From NCBI GenBank assembly GCA_963990035.1, contig CAXDMJ010000004.1, forward strand, positions 879 through 64,878: a DNA stretch of 64,000 bases, in the 5' to 3' direction. Within the stretch, counting starts at the first letter, position 1. Every line of letters starts with the position of its first letter. Source of the DNA: an uncultured Candidatus Poseidoniales archaeon (lineage in GTDB: Archaea > Thermoplasmatota > Poseidoniia > Poseidoniales > Thalassarchaeaceae). Under the pieces are notes generated by a model that was not told the origin of the DNA, did no database searches, and worked only from the letters and a program-made list of their open reading frames with translations. A program made the position numbers and the translations under genes. Shown here in pieces: positions 8,834 to 18,520 of this stretch.

Positions 8834-10180
8834 TTAGAACGTTACCTCTTCAGAAGGTATATCGAATGGTCCACCGATCTTAGCGATTGAGGCTTTTCTA
8901 TCTGGTCCAACCCCTACACTTACAACAGGTATACCTGATAAAAATTCGATTCTTTCTACAATATGTCTGACCTTTTCGGGCATAGCTGAGTAACCAATAC
9001 CTTCTGAACGAGAACGATCTGCCATAGATATCCATTCTTCATCGGAGAGAGCAGGGAAGCCATCGTGAGACTCATAAATCGGTTTACATCTAGCAACTTC
9101 ATCAGAAGTCGTTGGGAAATATTTGATTACTTTACCATCAAAGTCATACCCTATACAAATTTTAATTTCATCAAGACCACCTAGAACATCTAATTTAGTT
9201 ACTACTAAACCAGTATAGCCATTAAATCGATGAGCATCGCGTAAAGCAACCATATCTAACCACCCTGTTCGGCGGGGCCTTCCAGTAGTAGTTCCATATT
9301 CGTGGCCAATAGTAGCCATATGTTGCCCTGGACCATCCTCTAGAGGTAATTCAGATGGAAAGGGACCATTCCCTACCCTAGTAGTGTATGCTTTTGTAAT
9401 TCCAAAGCATTGTTCAACATGCCCTGGATGAATCCCGGCACCATGTGTAGCATTCGCACGACTGGTCACTGATGAGGTGACAAATGGATAAGTACCTTGA
9501 TCGATATCTAACATAGCACCTTGAGCACCTTCAAGTAAAATTTGTTCACCATTCTGTAATGCAGAATCAATCATTAGTCCAGTAGGTCTGATAGTATTTG
9601 GATACCTATCTAAAATCCATTGTAAATCTGACTTAAGTGATTCAGGAGAGATTACCTCAGAAACACCTACTGCATCTAGTTGTTTATTCATCCTTGTAGT
9701 AATAGTGGATATCTTATCTGTATCCGAGATTACACCCTGAATATCACAAAAACGGATGCCAACTCTTTCAATACGATCTCTATAAGCCGGGCCTATACCT
9801 CTACCTGTAGTTCCTACAATTTTATCAGCTGAGTCATATAATCTATGAAATGGCAAAATTACTGATGCTCGCTCACTAATGAATAACCTATTGCCCTCAG
9901 GTCTTTCTTCAGTTAATGAAAACCACCTTTCTAATTCTTCTTCAAGAACCCATGGATCAATCACCATTCCATCTCCAAGAACCAAATTACAATCCATAGA
10001 TGTGACACCAGAAGGAATCTGATGTAACTTTAGAGTTGTGTCACCTAGAACAATAGTATGACCTGCATTATTCCCTCCCTGGAAACGAACTGCCCACGTC
10101 GAATTCGGGGCTAATTGGTCAATCGCCTTACCTTTTCCTTCATCGCCCCACTGGGCTCCTAATACAATATTCGCTGGCAC
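8834..10180 (-). CDS. purA: Adenylosuccinate synthetase
   Basis: GAQWGDEGKGK, GGNNAGHT, TTGRGIGPAY, TTGRPRRTGW. The track ORF runs to a TTG at 10246. I prefer the GTG at 10180 (..GGAGCGTTTGGTG..), which gives the usual short N-terminus (M)PANIVLGAQWGDEGKGK. The start is uncertain. Confidence 0.85.
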   Translation of the reverse strand: MPANIVLGAQWGDEGKGKAIDQLAPNSTWAVRFQGGNNAGHTIVLGDTTLKLHQIPSGVTSMDCNLVLGDGMVIDPWVLEEELERWFSLTEERPEGNRLFISERASVILPFHRLYDSADKIVGTTGRGIGPAYRDRIERVGIRFCDIQGVISDTDKISTITTRMNKQLDAVGVSEVISPESLKSDLQWILDRYPNTIRPTGLMIDSALQNGEQILLEGAQGAMLDIDQGTYPFVTSSVTSRANATHGAGIHPGHVEQCFGITKAYTTRVGNGPFPSELPLEDGPGQHMATIGHEYGTTTGRPRRTGWLDMVALRDAHRFNGYTGLVVTKLDVLGGLDEIKICIGYDFDGKVIKYFPTTSDEVARCKPIYESHDGFPALSDEEWISMADRSRSEGIGYSAMPEKVRHIVERIEFLSGIPVVSVGVGPDRKASIAKIGGPFDIPSEEVTF

Positions 10181-10305
10181 CAAACGCTCCGGCTGAGCCG
10201 AAGGCGAATGAATAGTTCGGTCCGGATATCTAAGATATAGTAGCAATATTTGGAGGGTTTTACTATCAAAGCGATTATCAAGGGTAGGCAGTTCGGCGTG
10301 ACTAT

Positions 10306-10461
10306 ATGGCTCAGCGTCACAGTGTAGCAGAGGCTCGTCTTCTCAAGAAGTGGATATGCATGAAGTGCTCCGCGACACACCGTGGTTCAAAACCTCGTTG
10401 TTGCCGAAAATGTAAGTATATTAATCTAAGACCTAAGGCAACAGAACGCCGAAGTACTTAA
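10306..10461 (+). CDS. rpl40e: Ribosomal protein eL40 (L40e)
   Basis: Below the ORF-track size cutoff. My translation: [51 protein letters not shown]. It matches the archaeal L40e pattern K-x-ICxKC...(K/R)CRKC...NLRPK. Confidence 0.85.
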   Translation: MAQRHSVAEARLLKKWICMKCSATHRGSKPRCCRKCKYINLRPKATERRST

Positions 10462-10577
10462 TTTGAATTTAGTATATTAATCAAATTAGTGGTTAATTAT
10501 TATGAATGTTCAATTTTTAATTATTTATCAAATTTAAATTTGATTCGAATAATTTAAACACAACTCTGTTTAGATAA

Positions 10578-10853
10578 TCAGCTACGCCGAACTTCTGACA
10601 ACATAGTCTCCAAGGCCGTTTGAATCTGTAAGCACAAAGGTCCGAAATGAAGAGGTAAATTAGCATCGTTAAATATATCATCAAGAGCCGAAGCAGTCAT
10701 TCCAAGCCTCAAATCCATCTCCTTATCTTTATTCAAAAGCCATTTGTCAATTGATTGTTTTGCCAAAGAACGAATATTTCTAGGAACTTGAGAATCATCA
10801 AGTTGACCTAATACAGATGCAATCTGTTGGATGCGAGATTCAATGTCAGACAT
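10578..10853 (-). CDS. UPF0147-family small archaeal protein
   Basis: 91 aa. ..SQVPRNIRSLAKQ.. and ..NDANLPLH.. resemble the conserved VPRNIRR and NxPxH motifs of archaeal UPF0147 proteins, as I recall them. Confidence 0.55.
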   Translation of the reverse strand: MSDIESRIQQIASVLGQLDDSQVPRNIRSLAKQSIDKWLLNKDKEMDLRLGMTASALDDIFNDANLPLHFGPLCLQIQTALETMLSEVRRS

Positions 10854-10914
10854 ACTACCACTAAACCGTCGGCAAAAGCCATGTCCTTAAGCACATCCCT
10901 GATTCAAAGTTGAT

Positions 10915-11736
10915 TTAATCTGAAGAACTTGCTTCCCAAGTTGCCCACGGCATATCCGTATTTGCTACTCCAATACCGGGACCAGTAGCCCCAAGAGCAA
11001 TTAATCCAACAGAAAATTCAGGCGATATTAATGTTTTAATGCCCCATTCCATTGAACTTTCCATGGAGTCACCACTATTCCTTATTCTTTCAAATACACG
11101 ATTACTCAACAGAGCTCTTGTTATTGCTTCACCAATTCCAGTTGCAGCCACAGCAAGATCATCCTCGGCCCAAAAACCAGAACCAGGTAATGCGACATCA
11201 CCTACCCTACCTGGTGGGCGGAAACTACATCCCCCAGTACTAGTAGCAACTACAACCATCCCATCTATATCCCTAGCAATAACACCAACCGTATCCCCTG
11301 TTATTTCTGCATTTATATCTCCTATCTGACCTTCAGGAGACCTTCCTTCAACTTCTGCCTTCAGATATCCTTTCTGATCTGCCCATAACCTAGCACCAGC
11401 TGAAGTTAATCCATTAATTTCTTCATCGAGTAAATCTGCTGCAACTCGAATAGGATTTGGAGTATCTTCCATTGCTATGACAAAGCCTATTCGGCCGTCC
11501 CCTGTTTGAATAGAAGCATCAGTTAATACTGATCCATCAGTACGAATTATACTACCAGTACCTGCATTGAATACAGGGTCATCTTCTAGGATCACACACG
11601 CCTCTATAGCGGCCTCCAGAGCACTTCCTCCCGAAGTAAGAATATCTGCTGCTTTTTGTACGGCTATCTCTAAATTTTTCTGACGTACCGGTCCAGGACC
11701 AGCACCACCGTGAGCAACTACTGCTGGAATTGTCAT
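10915..11736 (-). CDS. Isoaspartyl peptidase / L-asparaginase (Ntn-hydrolase, asparaginase-2 family)
   Basis: VVAHGGAG, FNAGTGS, autoprocessing site GDTVGVIARD, GGCSFRPPGRVGD, ATGIGE. Confidence 0.8.
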   Translation of the reverse strand: MTIPAVVAHGGAGPGPVRQKNLEIAVQKAADILTSGGSALEAAIEACVILEDDPVFNAGTGSIIRTDGSVLTDASIQTGDGRIGFVIAMEDTPNPIRVAADLLDEEINGLTSAGARLWADQKGYLKAEVEGRSPEGQIGDINAEITGDTVGVIARDIDGMVVVATSTGGCSFRPPGRVGDVALPGSGFWAEDDLAVAATGIGEAITRALLSNRVFERIRNSGDSMESSMEWGIKTLISPEFSVGLIALGATGPGIGVANTDMPWATWEASSSD

Positions 11737-11747
11737 CTATATACCTA

Positions 11748-13097
11748 CTAATCTGTTAATCTATTTCCTTGAGAATCTGTACTGAATTTAATTTTTAATT
11801 GGAGCAATACTGCCAATACAAAGACGAACCCTGCCACCCTAAAGCAAGTATGGTAAGTCCATAAACCAATTCCTTCAACAGTTAATGACCAGATATATGC
11901 TGCAAGAAGTGGCCCTATTATCCTGGCTAAAGCCCCATATCCTTCTTGAGCTCCCATTACAGAACCTAATTCATACCCTGAATTATTAGTTTCAAAGGTC
12001 AATAATGATGATTGAGTCGGAGAGAATAGTGCATTTCCAATCGCTAATGCTGCTGAACTAACAAATACTAACCAACTGACCTCAGATGGGACATAGGGTA
12101 AACTAGCAATACCTAAACCAGATAAAATAGTACCAAAAATCATTAATCCCTTCATACTAAATCTATCAGTTAATTTACCAATTAAACCACCCTGGACTAT
12201 GACGCCTAACAAACCAATAAAAGCAAAAACCCATCCATTTTGCATCTCGTTGAAACCTAAACCTCCATTTTCAGTATCCATTGCTGTAAATAAGATAAAT
12301 GTTCCATGCATCATACTAAATCCAATCATGAAAAGAAAATTTGACAAAATCAAAGTAGATATGTTAGGTAATTTCATGATTTTGATAATGTTTGCAAACA
12401 TACCGCCTATTTCCCTAAGCGGATTACCATTAGTAATTGTACGCGATTCAGGAGGTAGACTTTCGGGCAATCTAGTTATTGCCAATGAAAGAGAAATTAA
12501 TGAAAGAAGACTTGAGAACATACATGGTAATAGATATGGGTGATTAATCCAAAAAGAGGTTGCAAATATCCCTCCAAAACTTGATGACGGGTCAGATAAT
12601 ATCCCACCAATAAAAGGACCAATCATAAAACCAAGGCCAAAAGCTGCTCCAATCATACCCATCCTTCGAGATATCATCCCGGGGTCACTAATATCACCAA
12701 TATATGCTCTAGCAACAGCAATATTCCCATTACCAGCTCCTGCTAGGAATCGAGCTATTAATGCCATAGATATGCTTTCGGAGAGACCGAACACTATGAA
12801 AAATATTGAATTTGAAATTAATCCGAGAATTATTATCGGTCGTCGTCCATATATGTCGCTTAAAGAACCAAGAATAGGAGTGAAAATGAATTGAGCAAGT
12901 GAGTAACAGGATATCACTACGCCTACCCACAAATCTCTTTTCCCAACATCTAAAATTCCTTCTGCGGAAGCAAGATCTTGGATAAAATAAGTAAGGAATG
13001 GAATTACTATTGTGAATCCTAGCATATCAATTAGAACTACAAGAAATAAAATCCCCATAGGAGATGACTCGCTCTGCTTGGCTACCATAACATGCAC
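11748..13097 (-). CDS. MFS transporter
   Basis: About 12 TM segments. MFS loop motif GSLSDIYGRRPII between TM2 and TM3. Confidence 0.75.
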   Translation of the reverse strand: MHVMVAKQSESSPMGILFLVVLIDMLGFTIVIPFLTYFIQDLASAEGILDVGKRDLWVGVVISCYSLAQFIFTPILGSLSDIYGRRPIIILGLISNSIFFIVFGLSESISMALIARFLAGAGNGNIAVARAYIGDISDPGMISRRMGMIGAAFGLGFMIGPFIGGILSDPSSSFGGIFATSFWINHPYLLPCMFSSLLSLISLSLAITRLPESLPPESRTITNGNPLREIGGMFANIIKIMKLPNISTLILSNFLFMIGFSMMHGTFILFTAMDTENGGLGFNEMQNGWVFAFIGLLGVIVQGGLIGKLTDRFSMKGLMIFGTILSGLGIASLPYVPSEVSWLVFVSSAALAIGNALFSPTQSSLLTFETNNSGYELGSVMGAQEGYGALARIIGPLLAAYIWSLTVEGIGLWTYHTCFRVAGFVFVLAVLLQLKIKFSTDSQGNRLTD

Positions 13098-13131
13098 CGT
13101 GTAGATAGAATACTTAGTATTGAGTCTCTAA

Positions 13132-15180
13132 TTATGCAGATGGTTGTGTATCTGCATTATTAGATATAGTATCAATTACTAATGCTAGCCTCTCAACTAG
13201 AGATACCTTTTGCTCAGAGGCAACAAGTGCATGCTTTAGCACCTCATCGAGAGAATCTACAGGAATTACTGTCACCATTGATTCATATTTTTCATCGATT
13301 AGAACATCTTGCATATTAGAGCGAGGAATAATGATTGTTCCTATCCCAGATTTAGCCGCAGCTTCTATTTTAGCAGAGACACCACCAATTGGCAGAACCT
13401 CTCCTCTAATGGATAAAGAACCGGTCATCGCTAAATTTTGCTCAATAGGTACTCCTTCAAAAGCACTTATTATCGCAGTAGCCATAGTTATCGAAGCACT
13501 ATCGCCATCTACATTGTGAGTGCCTGGAAATTGGACATGTATGTCGAAATCTTTGATATCATTACCAGTCAGTTTTTTAACTACTGCACTAATATTTGTC
13601 ACTGATTCTTTCGCTAAATCTGAAAGTCCACCTGTAGCAATAACTTGCCCTGATCTACCATGTGCAGTTGTAACCATTGCTTCAACCGGTAAAACTACTC
13701 CTGAATAATCTGAAAGTCCGGAATCAGCGCCTAAAACTGCTAATCCATTAACTCTACCAATTCTTTCGCCTTTATTGACTATCATTGAATAATCTGCTTG
13801 TCTTTCCAGATATCTATCAGCAACTTGTTGCTCCAATGGCTTGGCAATTGCTCTTGCTCTAATCACATGCTCAGCAGTGGTTATTTCAGCATTATCTTCA
13901 ACAGCTAAGTCTCCAGCTATTCTTACTAAACCGCCTAATTCACGAAGCCTAAGAGATAATTTTCCTCTTCGGCCACTACGTCTTTGAGCTTCTTTCAAAA
14001 TTAATCCAATTGACTCTAAATCAAAGTGAGGGATGGGTTGACCCGAAGTTTTCTTTCTCTCATTCATAACTTCTTGCGATATAAATCGGATTAATCGGCG
14101 ACGGTTACGTTCAGTATCAGGCATATCGGTGTTAACATATACTTCATACCCATAACCTCTGATTCTACTTCTCAGAGCAGGATGCATGTTTTGCATACTA
14201 TCTAGATTACCAGCAGCAATTAATATGAAATCTGTTGGGACTGGTTCAGATTTTGTAAGAGCACCGGAGGAACGTTCAGAACGACCGGAAATTGAAAGTG
14301 CTTTTTCTTGCATTGCAACCAACAATGCTTGTTGCTCCTCCATTCTAAGCATCCTAATTTCATCAATGTAGAGAACACCCTTGTTTGCTCTATGGACAGC
14401 ACCAGGCTCAACTCTTTCATGAGCAGGGGTTGCTAGATCTGCACCAGATTGGAAAGGGTCATGCCTTACATCACCCAATAGGGCTCCAGCCAAAGTCCCA
14501 GTTGCATCGATAAATGGAGGTTCTTCATTACGTTCATGCTTAACAAGTAGTTTAGGGATATTACCTTCGTCACCAGCAGTGAGTCTACCTCTAAGAAAGA
14601 AATAACCAAAAATAAGTAGAAATGAACCAAAAATTAAGGTTAGTATTTCCCCACTGGAAAGTGTTGCTAGGACTAGAGCTGCACCAACAATTAGTACAAT
14701 AAATAATAGAGTTCGATTTGTCCTTTCTCTCTGTTGTCTAATCAATGCTTTGCGCTCAGAAATAATTCTTGAGCCACGACCTGCTGGCACAGTCCTTACC
14801 TTTGGTTCGTTCTCATCGTCTTGATTACGATAAACAAGAATATCTTCTAACTGTTCTTTAGGAAGAAATTCAGTCATTGAGCGTGCAAGCATAGATTTCC
14901 CTGTACCGGGTTCACCGACCATTATCACGTGCCTTCTTTGCTCAGCAGCCTTACGAACTACTATCGAAGCTGCTTCTTGCCCAATAACTTGATCAACAAG
15001 TTTTGTTGGTATTGGTACGTCAGCAGTGGATTTAATTTTAACTACTTTAATCCATTCTTCTACGGGTACCTTGCAAATTGGATCTTTATCCATTGCGACG
15101 CCAAATGCTGCGCCATCTTCCCAACTCTCAAGAGAGTTTTCTTCAACATCTAAATCTTGCTCATCGTCTAACAAGTGCAT
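13132..15180 (-). CDS. lonB: Archaeal membrane-bound Lon protease (LonB)
   Basis: Walker A GEPGTGKS, Walker B GVLYIDEI. Two TM helices are inserted in the AAA+ module (LLFIVLIVGAALVLATL.., ..LIFGSFLLIFGYFFL). The C-terminal protease domain has the catalytic Ser in GDSASITMATA. Confidence 0.9.
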   Translation of the reverse strand: MHLLDDEQDLDVEENSLESWEDGAAFGVAMDKDPICKVPVEEWIKVVKIKSTADVPIPTKLVDQVIGQEAASIVVRKAAEQRRHVIMVGEPGTGKSMLARSMTEFLPKEQLEDILVYRNQDDENEPKVRTVPAGRGSRIISERKALIRQQRERTNRTLLFIVLIVGAALVLATLSSGEILTLIFGSFLLIFGYFFLRGRLTAGDEGNIPKLLVKHERNEEPPFIDATGTLAGALLGDVRHDPFQSGADLATPAHERVEPGAVHRANKGVLYIDEIRMLRMEEQQALLVAMQEKALSISGRSERSSGALTKSEPVPTDFILIAAGNLDSMQNMHPALRSRIRGYGYEVYVNTDMPDTERNRRRLIRFISQEVMNERKKTSGQPIPHFDLESIGLILKEAQRRSGRRGKLSLRLRELGGLVRIAGDLAVEDNAEITTAEHVIRARAIAKPLEQQVADRYLERQADYSMIVNKGERIGRVNGLAVLGADSGLSDYSGVVLPVEAMVTTAHGRSGQVIATGGLSDLAKESVTNISAVVKKLTGNDIKDFDIHVQFPGTHNVDGDSASITMATAIISAFEGVPIEQNLAMTGSLSIRGEVLPIGGVSAKIEAAAKSGIGTIIIPRSNMQDVLIDEKYESMVTVIPVDSLDEVLKHALVASEQKVSLVERLALVIDTISNNADTQPSA

Positions 15181-15246
15181 CCCTCGGGTTAGCCCTGTAA
15201 GTCTGACCTTCTTGAAGGTGCGTCATAGAAGCATTTGCAAAAAAAC

Positions 15247-18200
15247 TCAGTTAATACGTCGAAGATACTCTTCACCGTAGTAATGCCATTGTTCCATGGT
15301 CCAACCATCAGGCAAACCACCTGGAGGTAATGGGGCGACCATAGGAGGTGGTGGGGGAGAATTTTTAGAAGGCATTATGAGAGACTCATTCCCTTGATAA
15401 TGAGATTGAATAGAATTAGGGAAATCAGACACTTCAACTGGCGTATTTCTTCTTCTTATTACTACATTAACTAACAAAACAATGAATATAAGAGAAAAGA
15501 TACCTAATCCGAACAAGGAAACGACTTTCAAGTTATTAATCCCATTAGAATTAGCAGTATTCTCAATCGGTTCATCATCAATTACTATCACGGGTAAAGT
15601 CGCATAAACTTTGTACGTTTCATCAGTATATCGATCCATTCCATCATGATCTATAGCTCTAACTGTAAAAGTCATATAATCGCCACTTCCTAATCCTTCA
15701 CCACTAATATGGTTCACAATAAATGGACCTAATGTGTGGGAAATTCCAGAACTATGACAAATTCCAGTGACTGAATTACATATACTCCAAAATACACTAA
15801 TTTCAGATAATACTAATCCACCAACATTCTCAATAACTACTGAAGGATTAGTGTAATACTCAGTTGTATCAATAGATATGGTCAGATCTCCAAGTGAACC
15901 ATATTTCCATAGTAATGGTAGTTCATCAAATACATTTACCTGAATAATAGATGTTGATGATGCGCCATATCTATCTTCAGCAGTTATTGAAACGGTTTGG
16001 ATACCAGATTCTTGCCAAGACATAACTAGTACACCTGAAAGAGGATTCCATTGTGCTGCGCCTGAAACATCAGTGGTAACAACCGTCCAAATTTCATCGT
16101 CAGAATTATCTACATCAGTAATTCTTTCTAAAAGATTAAGATTTAAAACATCACCAGTTTGTAAGGTTATTTCTTCAATATCCTCTAAATTAATATCTGG
16201 AGCATCGTTTACATTTAAGATATGGAAAGTTACAATTGTATCTGAATATTTGACACCATCGCTCGCTCTAACAGTAATGTCTACTATTCCAAATAAATCA
16301 TCATCTAGAGATACTAAAGATAGTGAATGCCCATTCAGAGTTGCTTCAACAAGTGTTTCATCAGAAATCCCTAATAAAGATAGAGAAAGACCAGATACTG
16401 GAACTGGATTACCATTATTATCGGTATCAGAAAGGTAATCTGTGAAAGTAATGCTTCCATACCCACCCTCATCGAATGATTGAGTATTGATAGGTGACCA
16501 TCGAGGAGCTCCATTCTCTATTACGTTGAATAAAATAAGGCCAGAATTAATATCATCACCATCGTTAACATGGACATAAATTCCTTGAGGTAAAGGATTA
16601 CCATGACTGTCTCTTACAACTTGTGAGAATTTGACAATTATCTCGAGATTTAATGGGTCCCATGATATAAATTCTTCATCATCGCTAGTAATTTCAAGAA
16701 GTTGCAATGGAGTTTCAGCATCATTAATCAGGCCGATAATAGAAACGGATTCATCGGAATCCACCTTCACAGTAGGCATACCTGCATACTCATTATTACT
16801 ACTAGAATATATGATAGGAATGGCATTCTGGAGGAAAAATGCATCACTAGACTCAAGCCATTGACTACTCTGACCACCAGCATCTGTCCACATTACCCTG
16901 AGGTCATAAGGTCCTACTGCAGAATTTAATTCAGTATTAATGGAATATTGATACCTAGAGTTACCTCCATTACCAATAATTTCAGAACCATCTATCCAAG
17001 TATCATCCCACGAACCTGAACCGGATTCTGAATATTGTAAAGTGGGGTACATTGAATCCATTGTATCTACTAAATCATTAGCAATAGCACTTACTTCAAA
17101 TTGGATGATACTACCTCGATTTACATTTGGTGAAGAAACAGCAGTGGGCGTATTTGGAGTTGGAGGTAAATCATGCAATGCAGAGACATCAGCATAATTG
17201 TTACTTGCAATTCTATCGCCATCTAAATCACTCAATCTTGCACGGAATACTGAAGTTCCTGATGGTTGCATCTCCACTGAAGACGTATCGAAATTAACTG
17301 AGAAATCTTGAGTAGAACCTGGTGAAAGAGTGTTAATTGAGATTTCTCCTAAATATTGCTCTTCTAACCCATCTAAGTAGTAAATACTAATATCTCCTCC
17401 ATCTGAATATGAATCTACACCATTATTCTGAATAGTGGAGCTTAGAACAAGGTTATCTCCTTGAACAAAATCAGATGAACCCTCAATTATAAAATCTGAA
17501 ATGCCAATGTCAACTAATGGAGCCATGTCTAAATCAATTGCAGCATAGAAATTATTGTATGAGGTGTGTGGCCCATCCATTAGTGCTATAACTGGCCAAA
17601 AATTTTCATATTGAGTATTTCCATCAGCAGCACGAACTACACTTAGAGACTCATCCCAAGAAAGTTCAGAAGGAGTATTTGGGGTCAATACTATTTGCTC
17701 GAAAGCATTGTCATTCGTATTAAGTAACCAAGATCTCCAAACATGATGAGGTTTGTACCCATCATCATAATTTTCAGCTCCAGAGTGTTCAGTGACCGCT
17801 GCATATACATGAACAGATATTGAAGGAAGAGGCCCTAAATAAGTAACTGATAAGTCAGTTGTGACTGTCTCGCCAGATGAATCTAAAGAGGTTGAAAGTT
17901 CCATTGTAAAATCAGAAGATGATGGCGCCATGCAGCCCCCAGATGAATAATCACTATCATAGAAATTAGTACCTCCAGCACCAACTTTGTAACAAGAACC
18001 TGCTTGTTCATCAGCAAAAGAAAATGTAGGATAACCTGAAGATGCTGCCATGACATGATCTCTCCTTGTACCAGAACTTCCAATAGAGTCGGATGGCCAG
18101 CCTGTACCTGAACCTTCAAAGAAAGAAACATATGTGAAATCATCAGGATTAGAAGTTTTAAGATTATTAAGAGAAGGAGATGCACTACTCATGCAAGGAC

Positions 18201-18399
18201 CACACCAATGAGCACCTACATATTCACCAAAAACAGAGTGCCCCGGACTTGGTGCATAAAGTGGAGCAGCTTCCATCTCGAGTTCATCAAACTTGAAATC
18301 ATCTTCTTGAAAATCAACTAATCCAACTTGAGTCATCGTTAACATCAAAAATACTAGTGGCAAGGCGGACAGAGAAGATGACAACCTACTTCGTAGCAT
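15247..18399 (-). CDS. Giant surface protein 1: signal peptide, thioredoxin-like domain, Ig/cadherin-like repeats, C-terminal TM anchor, Pro-rich cytoplasmic tail
   Basis: Signal MLRSRLSSSLSALPLVFLMLTMT. HWCGPC at 18193-18207 followed by a GYPTF cis-Pro-loop-like motif. Cadherin-like NVNDAPDINL. TM VVSLFGLGIFSLIFIVLLVNVVI. Tail ..SPPPPPMVAPLPPGGLPDGWTMEQWHYYGEEYLRRIN. Confidence 0.7.
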   Translation of the reverse strand: MLRSRLSSSLSALPLVFLMLTMTQVGLVDFQEDDFKFDELEMEAAPLYAPSPGHSVFGEYVGAHWCGPCMSSASPSLNNLKTSNPDDFTYVSFFEGSGTGWPSDSIGSSGTRRDHVMAASSGYPTFSFADEQAGSCYKVGAGGTNFYDSDYSSGGCMAPSSSDFTMELSTSLDSSGETVTTDLSVTYLGPLPSISVHVYAAVTEHSGAENYDDGYKPHHVWRSWLLNTNDNAFEQIVLTPNTPSELSWDESLSVVRAADGNTQYENFWPVIALMDGPHTSYNNFYAAIDLDMAPLVDIGISDFIIEGSSDFVQGDNLVLSSTIQNNGVDSYSDGGDISIYYLDGLEEQYLGEISINTLSPGSTQDFSVNFDTSSVEMQPSGTSVFRARLSDLDGDRIASNNYADVSALHDLPPTPNTPTAVSSPNVNRGSIIQFEVSAIANDLVDTMDSMYPTLQYSESGSGSWDDTWIDGSEIIGNGGNSRYQYSINTELNSAVGPYDLRVMWTDAGGQSSQWLESSDAFFLQNAIPIIYSSSNNEYAGMPTVKVDSDESVSIIGLINDAETPLQLLEITSDDEEFISWDPLNLEIIVKFSQVVRDSHGNPLPQGIYVHVNDGDDINSGLILFNVIENGAPRWSPINTQSFDEGGYGSITFTDYLSDTDNNGNPVPVSGLSLSLLGISDETLVEATLNGHSLSLVSLDDDLFGIVDITVRASDGVKYSDTIVTFHILNVNDAPDINLEDIEEITLQTGDVLNLNLLERITDVDNSDDEIWTVVTTDVSGAAQWNPLSGVLVMSWQESGIQTVSITAEDRYGASSTSIIQVNVFDELPLLWKYGSLGDLTISIDTTEYYTNPSVVIENVGGLVLSEISVFWSICNSVTGICHSSGISHTLGPFIVNHISGEGLGSGDYMTFTVRAIDHDGMDRYTDETYKVYATLPVIVIDDEPIENTANSNGINNLKVVSLFGLGIFSLIFIVLLVNVVIRRRNTPVEVSDFPNSIQSHYQGNESLIMPSKNSPPPPPMVAPLPPGGLPDGWTMEQWHYYGEEYLRRIN

Positions 18400-18520
18400 T
18401 GTTTTATCCGTATCATAGTTTGGTATAACATTAACTATATATTGATACTATAAAATATCAATAATAAAATTGGTATTCTAATTGAATGACTTGAAACCAT
18501 AGAACCTACTCGAAGGAACA

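Noticed and set aside
10181-10246. Upstream extension of purA, and a possible purine/ZTP-type riboswitch in the GC-richer purA leader
   Set aside because: The N-terminal extension has no counterpart in PurA proteins. An internal GTG preceded by GGAG gives the canonical N-terminus. I could not find the conserved purine or ZTP riboswitch cores, only a weak CCGAA/TTCGG stem.
10159-10380. 73-aa minus-strand ORF from the track
   Set aside because: It overlaps the purA 5' end and is antisense to a clear eL40 gene (10306-10461). It has no recognisable motifs.
10380-10400. T-loop-like GGTTCAAAACC suggesting a tRNA
   Set aside because: The flanking T-stem has a central mismatch. No acceptor or anticodon arms can be built. 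The sequence lies inside the eL40 coding frame (..HRGSKPR..).
10527-10544. Perfect 18-bp palindrome ATCAAATTTAAATTTGAT between the convergent eL40 and UPF0147 genes, as a bidirectional terminator
   Set aside because: It is plausible, but the stem is A/T-only and such palindromes are expected by chance in AT-rich spacers. A nearby T5 run (about 10514-10518) could serve as an archaeal terminator on its own. Not called as a feature.
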